Assembly (NCBI RefSeq): GCF_964204865.1 | Contig: NC_135253.1 | Coordinates: 23,746,001-23,810,000, forward strand | Reading direction: 5' to 3' | Source: Styela clava | Lineage: Eukaryota | Length of the DNA: 64,000 nt | In this document: positions 14,010 through 26,474 of the stretch, piece after piece | How positions within the stretch are numbered: the first letter of the stretch is position 1 | How the letters are laid out: every line of letters starts with the position of its first letter | The notes under the pieces: generated by a model | Databases searched by the model: none | Told to the model about the DNA's origin: nothing | What the model saw: only the letters and a program-made list of their open reading frames with translations | Translations under genes and position numbers: made by a program

Positions 14010-14220
14010 GCGGCACCAGAAGTATGTGTACCAATAAGGAGGTAACTAATTTCGTTCGCCCACATCAAGTTGTGTAAAGGAACTGACCCCTATGAACATG
14101 GGGGTGGGCATTCACTTGGCTAACACAGACAGTTCTGAACTCGTGATAGAACTAAGATAAGAAAAATCATAATAAAATTATGGCCTAACCCTAACCTGGT
14201 ACACAGACTACGGGAGTACC
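14010..14220. mobile_element. Family A MITE, asymmetric subtype, inverted relative to 6061-6276
   Basis: CCAGAAGTATGTGTACC...CCTAACCCTAACCTGGTACACAGACTACGGGAGTACC; no clear TSD. Confidence 0.8.
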
Positions 14221-14936
14221 AAGCATTGTGCTGAATCAATGATAGTGCGTTACATATATAAATATTGATAATAAACTATCAATATGATATCGGTACCGGT
14301 ACGGTAATTTGCTGGGGAACTCGACGGACAGTCGGTTTGAATGTGTTTCAAAAATTGCATAAAAAGTGTTCCCATTGATCAAATTAGAAATTTGGGGTGA
14401 AATATTATCATCTTCAATATTAGGGTGGTTTTCTTTTTTTAGACAATTTCTCTCGCTAATCAAGAAAATAATCCGCTTCTTTGTGGTGACTTGGTTTGCG
14501 CAATAGCAATATATGAATAAGCTTTGAAACTAAATTTAAAAAAAGAGGAGACGCGAAAAGTGGGACACTTTGTAGACTACAAATTAAACAAAATGACGTT
14601 ACAAAAGCGTGGGTTATTAAACAATTCCCACACGTTTTTAATGCCAGAAATATATTTAATTAGGTGTTGTCTCACACACGGGGGAGTGTTAATGATCTGA
14701 AAATCAATTTTCTTGATTCATGTGTCTTAAAATCAGCGCCTACTCTTTAATTTTACTTCGTTAAATCTTTTTTTAATTAAGCGGTTTCTAATATTACAAA
14801 GAGTTTCGCTGCACATTGACACACATTTGTTACTGTAACCTTTCGTCTGGCCAAGTAATCATTAGTTTAATTTTTATCATATACTGAAAATAGGCACGAG
14901 ACACAAATTGCAATAAATTATAAACAAACTGTATTT

Positions 14937-15172
14937 GGTGCTCCCGAAGTATGCGAACCAAGATGGCGGACATCGGAACGTAACATGGGTAACAGGTTAG
15001 GGTTAGGCGATAATTTTTTTCCAATTTTCCTTATTTTAGTCCTATTATCAGTTCGAAGACTAGCCAAGAGCCTCCCGTAGTATTTATACCTAAAATTATG
15101 GCCTAACCCTAACCTAGTACACATATTACATTTCGATGTCCGCCATCTTGGTTCGCATACTTCGGGAGCCCC
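14937..15172. mobile_element. Family A MITE, 236 bp, young copy
   Basis: TIR GGTGCTCCCGAAGTATGCGAACCAAGATGGCGGACATC; perfect 8-bp TSD CTGTATTT (14929-14936 / 15173-15180). Confidence 0.95.
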
Positions 15173-15489
15173 CTGTATTTTATGGTGAAGGAGCCGTGGA
15201 AAACCAATACTGGATATCGAGCACCGGCACCAATAAATATATCTAATGGGATACTATAGACAAAAAAATCGAATTTGTATGTTAATTGAAAAAAAAAACT
15301 CAATATTACGTTAAGCCTGTTTTATTTTGTTACAGACAGACGTTAAGACGTTCTTTATCCTTGATAGCGTAAGGAAAACATGGGCGTCGTTTTGGTCATC
15401 AAAATTGACTATGAGATTCACGCAATTAGAGTTTTACTAGAAGTTTATCACGGTTAGTGACTTTACTAAAATTTGGGTTTTAGCGTGTT

Positions 15490-17520
15490 CTGAAATCGTT
15501 GATTACAGCCTTTCAAGCATAATCTGTGAGATTGTGAGATGTGGTGTGGGTTCAACTTAGAGTTTCATGTAGACCGTGGTTTCTCTCAGATTTGGGCATA
15601 GATTCGTTTTTAGCGAAATTTTAAGTCTGTCAATATTATATTTTATTACATATCATAAAAAGCAACTTTTCTCCCAAAATAATCCTAATTCGAAGCAACA
15701 ATTTAAATCGGTATAATTATTGAATTGGCTTTTCAATTCTCTATAATAAAACAATTGCCACCTAATCGTAATTATACACTTGCATGAGGTATAGTAACAA
15801 GAGGTTCAAGAACGAAAAGGCAAAAAAAGTTATTTCCTCTAAAATTATGAACTGCACTTTCTCTTAAAAAGCATTTTCACGGATTGATTCTTAATAAGAC
15901 TATAGGCTAGCAGTCATTGATAAGCAAACGTCCGTTTTTTTTTTGAATTTTCAGAATTTATTTTAGTTCGGTATTGCTTGGCCAAATTTATTACTTACTG
16001 TTCGAGCTGGCGACATCGAATCCAAACCGGAACTTCGCGCAATAAAAGTTTTACAGTGTATTATCACAGACAGCAAGTTGTCTGAAATTTGGTTTTTTTA
16101 GGCTGTATTGAAATTGCTAATTACAGCTTTGCAAGGATAATCTTTGAGATGTGAGGTGTGGGTTCGACTCCGAGTTGCCCGTAGACCATGGCTCCCGCCA
16201 AATTTGGCCATAGTTTTGTTTTTAGCGAAATTGGTAGCCTGTCCATTTTTTTAATAAAAATCATAAGAAGCAATTTTTCTTCCGAAATATTGGTTAATCC
16301 AGAAATTTAAATCGGTATAATTATCAATCCCTAATTGGCTTTTCAATTCTCTATAATAAAACAATTGCCACCTAAGCGTAATTATACACCTGCATGAGGT
16401 ATAGTAACAAGAGGTTCAAGAACGTTAAGGCATTTATTACTATCCCTAATAAGATATAGAGGTAATTGCTTCTACGAAACCTTTTATCCGAAATTAAACG
16501 CCTTATTAAAGCACCAATAATTACAGCCTGAAAAGCATAATCTGCGGCAGATTCGGTGTGAAAATGTAACTTTGGTTTCCACTTTTTATGCTTCTACATC
16601 GAAATTCAAAAGGCCGGCTTGTTTTGAATGGTTTTGATCGTTTTCACAGAAATATATATTTGATAATTTCCGGATATTGTTCCACCGCAAATATTTTTTG
16701 ATTCTGTTTATTTTAGGCTAGAAGGAGGGGTAATCCCCTAACCTAGTTGTTCACAACATTTTTCGTAATATTACTCCCTCCGCGTGTTTTGAAACTCTTT
16801 ATTTCTCCCTCGCCTAAAAAAATTGATCAATTCAATCCATAATGGGATCCTTAGTTAGTGTTATGCGCAAGCCGCACTTTCCGCTTATGTACAGTTTAAG
16901 TAGTTTATAATGCGCGTAAAGAAGTCTTATAGCAATAACAAGAAAATAATTAGTAATACCACAGCAAATACAAAGCAAAATTATTTAAAAAAAACGGCAA
17001 AATTCCTTCTTGTAGAGGAGGGGGAAGTCCCACTGAAACCTAGTTGAGTACAAATCCGAATCAATTTGTTTAGATAACTCGAGTCATTCTAAGTATTCGA
17101 TAAATGTTGACTTGCGTCCAACCTGGGGTGGACGAGGGGGAAGTCCAACTTGCGCTTAGTTGAGTACAAGTCATTTTGTTTAGATAACTCGAGTCCAACT
17201 TTTGTCGAGTCAGCAATTCGAGCGTTTCTAACACTGACTTATGTTATTTTTGGGTTACTATAGGAATCAACTTTTTATAAAATGATTGAATAGGGCCTTA
17301 ATCAAAGCGCCATTAATTACAGCCTTAGAAACATAATCTGAGGCGTATTCGTTGTGAAAACTTATCTTTGGTTTCCACTTTTTTAAGCTTCTACATCGAA
17401 ATTGAAAATGCCGGCTTGTTTTCAATGGTTTTAATAAATTTAACAGAAAAAGATTTGATGTGGTATTATGGTATTGCCGCGCCCACAATTGTCTTTCCAC
17501 TTTTATGTGCTTTGCATCAA
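15490..17520 (+). repeat. Complex local duplications
   Basis: ~15490-15814 is repeated at ~16100-16424, and ~16497-16690 at ~17293-17490. All four units begin with an ATTACAGC(C/T)T...ATAATCT motif (15502, 16120, 16520, 17316). Confidence 0.8.
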
Positions 17521-17555
17521 ATTTCAATAAATTATCAAATTGTGAGGAATTATTG

Positions 17556-17775
17556 GACACAAAATGGACATATGGATCGTTTTGTTATTTTTTTTTGTTC
17601 TTGATCTTCTTGTTAGTATTCCTTTTCTTCCTGTTGTGAAAAAATCACTTTTATCTTTAACTACTGGACCAATTGCTTTGAAACTTTCAGTGGTAAAATA
17701 TTGTATTATCCACTAGAAGGCTATTATTACCTTTATTTAATTCAAAATTTTTGTGGGCTCTGTAGGATTCGTTAT
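17556..17775 (+). repeat. AT-rich dispersed repeat family
   Basis: Core ACTGGACCAATTGCTTTGAAACTTTCAGTGG...AGAAGGCTATTA also at ~28200-28400 (+), ~55590-55750 (-) and ~62345-62562 (-). Confidence 0.65.
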
Positions 17776-18068
17776 TTCGAGGTGGTTTAGGGTCGGCACC
17801 CCCCAACCCCCCTCCCCTTTTGAAATATTAAAACAAGCATTTTTCTTTATCATAAATAGAAATTTTTTTGTAGCTTAAAACGCTATTTAGACCCCCGAGA
17901 ATCGTGAAAACCTACACTTGCTGATACTGCCTTACTTGGCAATTAGAAATTTAACTTTCACTTGTTGCCTGAGTGATTTTGTTTAGATGACTCGAACAAT
18001 TTTCGAATTGCCAAGTCAGACCGAAACAGCTATCGGCTACGCTCTTGGACTTGCGGTATACTGGGCAC

Positions 18069-18271
18069 GGTTACCGTACATTTGAACCCATGTACATTTG
18101 AACCCATGCGTATATCCACGGGTTCAATCTATGTGCGGGTGCTAAAACCCATGGTTTAGGGTTAGTATGGGTTTAACTATCCGTGAAACAAAAAAAATTC
18201 CATAGGTGCAATAGCATACAGGTGCAATTGTCATGGGTTCAAATGTACGTGGGTTCAAATGTAATGGAACC
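18069..18271. mobile_element. Family B MITE (203 bp; Merlin- or MULE-like)
   Basis: GGTT...AACC termini, TIRs built of tandem TACATTTGAACCCAYG units, internal TTTAGGGTTAG; perfect 9-bp TSD ACTGGGCAC. Confidence 0.93.
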
Positions 18272-19158
18272 ACTGGGCACATTTGCTACATATTTAGGGA
18301 AACAAAACAACACAATTTATCCAGTAATCTACAAAGGGCAGAGCCAACAGTTAAGGAAAAGTTTAAATATTTAAACAAATACATCCGGATGCAACTACAA
18401 AGGTCATTTTTTCGCGCGCGTCAGTTAAGCTACTCGCCTCTCTTATCTGTCTGCGGTTCCGTTGTATTTACGACTCACACTATGAGCGTTAAACCATGCC
18501 TAATCGCGTTTTGCTCTACATTATCCAAAATAATCTGTAGCGATTAAGCCAGAAGAATATAAACAGAAAACAAAACACAAAATATAACGTTGCTACCGTA
18601 CAATATTTGTAGTTAATTTAGCCTAAGGTGTCGCCAATCGCGACAAGAAACGTCGAATGTGTTGTAGGCACTTAGCTTGTTTTAGTGTTGAATAATTTTT
18701 CTTTGTATCAATAGCAAGTTCTGCCACAGCGTAGTGTAGTGGAAAACAATAAGTTAGCGCCCAGCATTTGTTCTAGCAGTGTTTCATAACTTTTTTGCGT
18801 ATGCTTTCTCCATTCCTTCCTCGATATGTATAAACACTCTGTTTCCGTTCGTTTTTCAATATTTACCATGTCATTGAATCTCAGGCGTACAGTTTAAATA
18901 ATCAATAATGTGTTAATTAGTGAGCGTAACAGTAATGCTGAACAAGCAAAGAATGTGCAATTCAGGAGTCCTGCTGCACCCTATAATACAAATGTATTTC
19001 TGTCACCAGGGGTCAGACATTTTACAACAATTTGACTTTGGTCAGACGAAGCGTCACAGAAATACATTTGTGTTAGTGTTCAGCCGGACTCTTGAATTGC
19101 ATAGTATCGTATGTTTATTCCTGCTACAGCATCCTTACATTATACGTATCCACTAGCG

Positions 19159-19441
19159 CAGTGGTTCTCAACCTTTTTTCTTTCGTGGCCCACTTCCGTT
19201 GCATAAAAATTCTGCGGCCCACTAACTTTCTCATGCAAGGGAAAAACTACAAGAAAAACAAAACTCTTTTTGTAAAAATAAATACTCTCACTTTAATGAT
19301 TAGAATGAAAAGCAGCAGCATCATTCATTGCTACTACAATAAATATTTGACTATAATGACGCAAATGAAACTAAACTTTTCAATAACCATAGTAATTGAA
19401 AATGTCTCTATGGCCAGTGGACCACCGGTTGAGTACCAGTG
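19159..19441. mobile_element. hAT MITE
   Basis: TIR CAGTGGTTCTCAACC / GGTTGAGTACCAGTG; TSD CACTAGCG/CGCTAGCG. Confidence 0.85.
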
Positions 19442-20688
19442 CGCTAGCGCAAAGACGTTGAGGAAGAATTGGGAGTTAGTCTCGCGTAACCTCTACTGGT
19501 AGTTAAGTAAATAACATTAGTAATACTACACGTAAATACAAAGTTGAGTTTCCTTCCTTGAAAAAATTGAATTTTTTTTCTTGTAGGATCCCCCAACCAC
19601 GTTTACAAAATCCTGCAAAGATTCCTTGAATATATTTTATTTTGAAATACGCCCAATTCTTTGATTATAATACATTTAATATTTTGTTGGCTTTTTATTA
19701 TTTAATATGGCATTGCCATCTTGCGTTATGAAGTTTATCTGCATGAGCAATTAAAAGGTTGCCAACTTATCGTTTGCTTCTGTACATGCTTTACAATGAA
19801 TGACCCTCGTAGAAGGCGGTCAACGCGCCGACCGCCGGACATTCACCGCTAAAATGTGTGAGAAAATAGTCATATTTTGACACGCGCTTTTCATATTTGA
19901 GTGGACAATGATTGACGGGATTGATTACTTCCTATGGTAACGCCCATGTACCGGTGTCCGTAGCAAAATATGTTGTCATATTGTAGAGTGTCATGTTTCT
20001 CACGTACGAAAAGATTTACGTATTGGACAGTTGCAATGCTGAACGCGAAATATGAATCGTTCGGTCGTTGTGATTAGGGTTGTTGCTGATCATGTAATAA
20101 AAATAATATTATTTTATAACTTTTCATCTCGTAATGAAAGGCAACGCCAATGTACCTAGCGGTATCCGTAACCTAATATGGTTCGTGGTACAAAGTATCT
20201 TGTTTTTTCTATATTTAGGTGATATTCTGATTAGTATTTAAGATTAACCAGATAGAATCGATTGATATATTTTATTATTTCATGTGTGATTTTTGGGGTG
20301 AATAATTTTAATGTCCGTACGGAAATGCTATCTCGAGCTGGTTACCTATTGAAATATCTGGGTTGATAATCGGATATGCCCTGGCTGTCATATTGGCTTT
20401 TCTCTCTCTCCTGAGGTAAATGTGAAAATATTATACTTTGCTTTATAAGAATTATCATTGAACACAACGTGAATGCTATATAGGCAACATTTTTTGTAAT
20501 GCTGGTGATTTAACAATATGTCGAAAAAAAATTCTGGTTGATATTATGACGAAACAACACGAAATGCGATTTTTTGATTACTCTCCGATTGCGACGCGGG
20601 TCTCAGATAATGAAGCTTGGGACCACATGTGGCCTGCGCTTGGACCCCGCTCTAGCAGGCTATTACTTTCTATTTCATTTCAAATTTC

Positions 20689-20924
20689 GGGGCTCCCGAA
20701 GTATGCGAACCAAGATGGCGGACATCGGAATGTAATATGTGTACTAGGTTAGGGTTAGGCCATAATTTTAGGTATAAATACTACGGGAGGCTCTTGGCTA
20801 GTCTTCGAACTGATAATAGGACTAAAATAGGGAAATTTGGAAAAAAATTATCGCCTAACCCTAACCTGTTACCCATGTTACGTTCCGATGTCCGCCATCT
20901 TGGTTCGCATACTTCGGGAGCACC
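20689..20924. mobile_element. Family A MITE, 236 bp, young copy, inverted relative to 14937-15172
   Basis: Perfect 8-bp TSD CAAATTTC (20681-20688 / 20925-20932); I count 3 mismatches to the 14937 copy. Confidence 0.95.
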
Positions 20925-21594
20925 CAAATTTCTTATGAGAGTCCACCAAAAATTTTGCTGCTTCATTTAAATTAACTGTAACACTTTATACGACAATGGA
21001 AACAGTTTTCCATTCCCTTCAGATCTGAATTAGAGGGTGCAACACATCGGGTAGGCGATGCCAAACTGGAAGGATATTTTCAAACTATGGTAGTTCCTTG
21101 TCTAGGAGTGGACGCACGTTCGGAGCCTTGTTCAGAGCGAAAGTGGCACAAATAGGTCGTATATAATGAAAAAGCTTTGTTCCTTGTTTTATTAGAAATT
21201 TAACAACTAATGAACCAATTAATTTCAAGTTTTCACTTCTTAATGATAGTTGTGGCGGCTGTTATTTTTTTAATTATATTCATTTTTTCAGCCCTACGGT
21301 ATGGGATATTTTACCCAAAATTTCGCTGTTTAATTTAAATTCAGAGGAACCATTTTTATGACAAATGTGAATATTTTTCTTTGTCCTCTAACAGCAATTT
21401 TCAGTCCGGGATACATGGCCCCAAAAGCGGGCCACAGAGCAGTTAGAGGAGCCACAATATCAGGCGCAAAAATAACACTATAAATACCACTGAAATGATA
21501 AACAGAGGGGCAAAAGCTTCCAGAAGCGGACCACGACATAAAAAGTTGGAGCCACTGTCTTTTAACATTCGTGTTCATCTATTATAGCATTTTC

Positions 21595-21829
21595 GGAGCT
21601 CCAGAAGTATGTGCACTAAGATGGCGGACACTGTAACGTAGTATGTGTACCGGGTTAGGGTTAGGCCATAGTTTTATTTCAATTATCCTTATTTTAGTTC
21701 TCTCACTAGTTTGGAGACCAGCCAAGTGACACCCGTAGTATTTTACCTGAAATCATGGCGCAATCCTAACATGGTACACATACTACGTTCCGGTGTCCGC
21801 CATCTTGGTGCACATACTTCTGGAGTACC
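21595..21829. mobile_element. Family A MITE, 235 bp
   Basis: Long TIRs with AAGATGGCGG and GGTTAGGGTTAGG; TSD GCATTTTC/ACATTTTC. Confidence 0.9.
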
Positions 21830-22385
21830 ACATTTTCTCCTGTTTTATTATAAATTCGATCGCTGGGTGATTTCTCTTGAGTGCTTTCCATCGCCACTGA
21901 TAACTAGCTGTCAATCAAAGTTGTGGCGATACTTGACTTCACACGGTTTAATCGTATTGAAGTATAATTGTTTACGTAGAATGAAAGACAAGAGAAAATC
22001 AAAGGCGGGAACATTTCCGCGGAAATTGATGATACGTTTTATGACATAATAATGACAGAGACAATTCCTTTGTTCGTGTGGCGGGAAAAGATTATAGACC
22101 ACAAAACTACTTGGCACACTTTGGAAAATGACGTTTAATAATCGTAATGCACTGGGCTTAACCTAAAATTTTGGGTTGAAAAGTTTTAAATTATTCATTT
22201 TTTTAATAAAAATTAGGGATAAAATGAGTCACGTAATTTTCCTATGATTTAACTGATATTTAGTACCGAATATTAATTCTTATGTTTAAATATCTAATAA
22301 TGTTATAACTTTTATTGTTATTTATAAAATAAAATGTTTTATAATGTTCATACTCTGAAAGACGAATACTCAGTTTTACGTAGGA

Positions 22386-22682
22386 TTATTACTTATCGAT
22401 TTTAATCGGTAAGTATGTTGATAGGTATTTGTCTGTCTGTCTGTTAGATGCACGCGATATCTCACGAAAGCGAGATTGAATCTGCTCCAGATTTTGCATG
22501 TGCATTCATCATATGTCGGTCCAGAAGCCTATTGATTTTGGATGAATTATGTCGTATAATTAGCGAGTTATTAATTAATTAGTAATTAGACACAAAGTGT
22601 CACTATGGAGTAAGAGCGCTGTTTTGGGGGATCCCCTAACTTTCAATCGATAAGTCTTCGGTCTCTGACCGATATTCTCGTT
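22386..22682 (+). mobile_element. Helentron-associated interspersed element (HINE / DINE-1-like)
   Basis: 5' subTIR ACTTATCGATT (22391-22401) with adjacent inverted copy AATCGGTAAGT, (GTCT)n microsatellite, 3' subTIR AATCGATAAGT (22645-22655), 3' hairpin TCGGTC-TCT-GACCGA, T-rich flanks. Confidence 0.8.
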
Positions 22683-23538
22683 TTATTATTTGATTGCCAC
22701 GGAGTATTGGACACTAATATTTTGGAAAATAGTCTTGAGTATGCGCTGTTGCATACAGCAGTGTGCAACTCGGAGTCAAGTGGAATGTTTCAAATGTCAC
22801 AGTGAAATCTGTACTTGTTATCTGTTCTTTTTTAACTAGCACGTTTATCCAGCAGAAATAATATTATAGTGGAAGTTAAAAAATTATTCAAGTATGTGTC
22901 AATAACGCTAGGCAGTTGTAATAATTATTATTTGCTCAATTCAATTCGTAACAAACGGTAATTGCCCAGTAATGAGGCTTAGCATGAATTTTCAATATGA
23001 TTTGATAGAAGCCCTCCACTTAAAATAAGACCTAGCAGTTGATAACGCAAATATGTTTTTAAACCTAGTCGATAGCAAGAAATGTTTTATTTATAAGTAA
23101 ATGGATATCGATTTTCAGATTTTGTATATTTGAAAACCTCGTAATTCTCTACTTTGTAATTTTGTTTTTGCTGAAAATAAAAGACATCCCTCAAAAATAA
23201 GCCTTAGTGTTATTTTAAACAAAATAAAAAAAGTTGATATAAGACCCTGTCATATTTTCGGGAAAACACGGTAGCTATGTAACATAACGCGTTGTTGATA
23301 TCAGCCCATAATCCCCTGTAACTCTTCCGTACCCTGCAAGACACCAAGTGTGAAAAGCCAGCAAAACAACAACATGAACTAACACCTGAGTTCCGAAATA
23401 AAATACCAAACAAATATCGAACGACAAAACATCCGGGAATTAAGATTGATGGCTGAACTAGATGCTTTTGGACAGGACAAATGCGAAATGTTATAACAAA
23501 AAATATACGCAGAACACAACCGCTGATGCTCTAAAATT

Positions 23539-23828
23539 TAGGGGTGTGCAGCCTTTAATACAGGCGGGCTAGATACAAAAAAATGGGCAAATCCGCGGGC
23601 CTCATCTCTTTTTAACATAGGCTTTCTAGTAGTTGCTGGCACAAAAGTTTTAAGCCATCTGTTAAGGCATTGAAACGTCATAGGCGTCAGGTATATCTTT
23701 TGCAACGCAGAGAGTTGAAATTACTCGCGCGCACCAGATTAAATTAAATCAAAAACTCGTTTTGCCGATCGCACAATTTTTCTATATGAGCCGCATTTGG
23801 CCCGCGGGCCGCAGGTTGCACACCTCTG
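23539..23828. mobile_element. hAT MITE
   Basis: AGGGGTGTGCA / TGCACACCTCTG termini, GGCCCGCGGGCC subterminal motif, CTCTAAA on both flanks. Confidence 0.75.
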
Positions 23829-24349
23829 CTCTAAATCCTAAGATATACAATACGTACGAGTTTTTATTTCAAGCAATCACTGACACGTTAAAGCTGTACA
23901 CTTTTCTGTAAGATTTGCTCAAAATAGATTTTCTAGTACTTGACTAAATATAAAATTGTGCTATAAATAGAAGTGTTATGAATAGCATAACTGGTGCGCT
24001 TGGAGCTACACAGCTTTTGCCAAAGCATGGCCGCGAATACTCGGCTATACGTGAAAGGCTATTCTTAGAACAGTCGCAATCAATCAGGATTAGATGCTTT
24101 TTATTCGTCGGTGAATGCTTGTTCGTACTGAACGTCACGAAAAATGAATTACAAAAAAAATAACAGTGAAAGACCTGTACATATATAGGTGACATATGAC
24201 CTAGCCTGGAAGATTCCCATATTCCCTGGTAATTAGCTTCCCAAATTTACGTACGCATCAGTTATAATTATAATAACTGACATAATTCCATTAGTATTTC
24301 TTATATATCTATGTATGCTTCTATAGATCTTTCGTCAGTCGATCTAATC

Positions 24350-24504
24350 CAGCGGTTCTCAAACCTTGGAGCCAGGGCCACACACGGCCCGTGTAAAGAT
24401 TACGGCCCGCGTAACGATTAAATACGGACCGCCAAACTTGGTGCCAAACGAATGTCCTTCCGCTTCTAATTTTGGACCCTGGTCAATCAACTTTGAAGCC
24501 ACTG
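24350..24504. mobile_element. hAT MITE
   Basis: CAGCGGTTCTCAAA / TTTGAAGCCACTG termini; TSD ATCTAATC/ATCTATTC. Confidence 0.8.
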
Positions 24505-25029
24505 ATCTATTCTATACATACCTCTACGCCGATCACCCCATCCTGTTAAATCCTGTCAGGTCACACGCAAATTGGATGCTGAGTTGTGTCCTGCCTACTA
24601 ATTGGCATCGGTACAGGTGGCATTATCTGGCCTCGTGCCAGAAAGCCAACATCTGAACTTGTGATATCAAATTTTAAAGATAAGACTGTGTTTTGAGGAA
24701 AACTATTGACATTTTGAAAGAGATAAACGAAACGGTAATTGGCCACGCGCCAGATAGACGACTTTTTGAACTTTGAGGTATCGGGTTGTGGAGAAAAAAA
24801 CAAAGTACAAAGAAATTGGGTCTCAGAGCCTTGTTACGCCATCTTGGCACTGTACCACAAAAATGGGTGGCGTGCGGTTCACGATTATTCGTTTCCGAGT
24901 AGGAATAAATCACGTTCGAAATGAAAGATTATAAAAAATTATACCGAACAGTTTTCTTCGAATGAGAAACAACACTACATCACTAAGAGCGTAACAAATA
25001 GGGTATACAATGTCCAGTCGGAAAGCTTT

Positions 25030-25232
25030 GTTACATTTTATGAACAATATTTACAGTGTTACAAAATTAAAAGTGGAAAAAAATAAGCCTCGTGCCAAAA
25101 CTAAATTAAATCGAAATCTCAACCAATTTCTTGCGCTATTCTTGAAAAAAGAACATCAAAATTTGGTTTTAAATTGGTTGTGGCAAAATCAGGCTAGATT
25201 AAATTACCCAGCCGTTGTTTGCCCATGTTGAA
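25030..25232 (+). repeat. Copy of the older repeat that hosts the 8663-9500 insertion
   Basis: Colinear with ~8477-8662 plus ~9505-9550; a third, inverted partial copy lies at ~61507-61630. Confidence 0.7.
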
Positions 25233-25619
25233 TCTAGAGCGAATGATCGGGCAGTTTTATTGTCTTTCCTCTTCTTTGGAATAAATATGGAAACCTTATT
25301 CTCCATAAAGTCACCTAAATATCGTTTTATATAATGCGAGAGTCTTGTTACTGCATCCTTGCATTTGGAGATCCACTAGTGTAAAAGCATAGTATAAGAG
25401 TAAATAATAGTATGCGGGCGAAACGTTATAGAAATAGATTGCTTCATAGTTCAGCAACTGCTAAACTACTTGGAAGCGCGTGATTTACAAAGTTCCAATT
25501 AGTCTCACTTAACTCTAATTTATAGTTAAATATCATTTGCTACAAAAATTGGCAATGTTTAAGTCAAAGGGACAGAAAAATACGATCTGACTATCAATAA
25601 CATTAAATCTGTAATCTAT

Positions 25620-26012
25620 CTTATCGCGTTACGATGCGCGCAGTCGCACACGAAAATCTTTTGTCAGGCTCACTACAGACTCGTGCGCAATCACCAATCA
25701 TCCCAGCGTGTTGCTAGTACGTTCACATCGTCGTCAGAGTTTGTCTGGTACTCCTCCGCTCACAAGTTCCAGACAGCCAAATAATTTACGGAACAAAAAT
25801 GTAGATTTGTTGACCAGCCGCTGGGATGTTGTTCAACAGTACGTATTGAAAGAATAATTTTCTTATGTGTACTGTATAATATCTCTAGCAAATAGCGTTC
25901 TAGACAGAAAAATGTCCGCTTAACTTTCGTACGAACTATCTTATCCGCTTTATATTTCCCGCTGTGATATTTATTGCTTTTTTTTACCTAATTATGTTTG
26001 CACTTTGTAAGT
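25620..26012 (+). promoter_or_regulatory. Candidate promoter / non-coding first exon of BMP2/4
   Basis: Locally CpG-rich, repeat-free stretch with CCAAT (~25694), several CAGAC/GTCTG motifs and a possible donor TTT|gtaagt at 26007. Position and composition only. Confidence 0.25.
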
Positions 26013-26310
26013 GTATTTGTATTTATAATCACGTGCAATATCATTACTGTTCATTAAGGATATATATATTGTAGTTTGACGCACATTCAATGTTATCTAT
26101 TTAAGCAGGAAAGAGTACTTAAAAGTTTGATTTGAGATGAGTATTTTGAAGTACGGTAGTTGAATTGTAAATATCAGAAGTTAATTTGTGTCAGTGTGCA
26201 GCAGGACTTGTTTAGAATAGTCATCTTCTTTCTTGTTATATATGTATATTGAATTGACGAATTGTCATTTGACGAAACTTTTGTTCAGTTATTTTCGTCA
26301 GGGATACATA

Positions 26311-26474
26311 CATGGTGTCCAAAAATTTCGTCCGATTTTATAGTAAGAACAATTCTAGGTATAAATAAATTTCATTGTATGATAAATGAGAACTACAAGC
26401 ACAATAAGAACTATTAATATACAAAGCCAGAGAATTTTTAGATGCTAAAATCGGGCGAATTGCTATACACGTAT
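26311..26474. mobile_element. Tc1/mariner-like MITE, degenerate
   Basis: TA-CATGGTGTCCAAAAATTTCGTCCGATTTTA ... TAAAATCGGGCGAATTGCTATACAC inverted repeats with TA flanks. Confidence 0.55.

Noticed and set aside
14995-15008. TTAGGG tracts as interstitial telomere or chromosome-fusion relics
   Set aside because: Only ~2 units, always at fixed positions inside TSD-bounded MITEs.
14830-15303. Recurring ORFs with MCTRLGLG / PNPNL / NQDGG peptides (also 20546-20970, 21711, 43043, 53245)
   Set aside because: Translations of the family A MITE and its TTAGGG tracts, not a protein family.
16158-16200. GGTTCGACTCC, a tRNA T-loop / B-box-like motif
   Set aside because: No cloverleaf or A-box; the duplicate at ~15549 lacks the motif.
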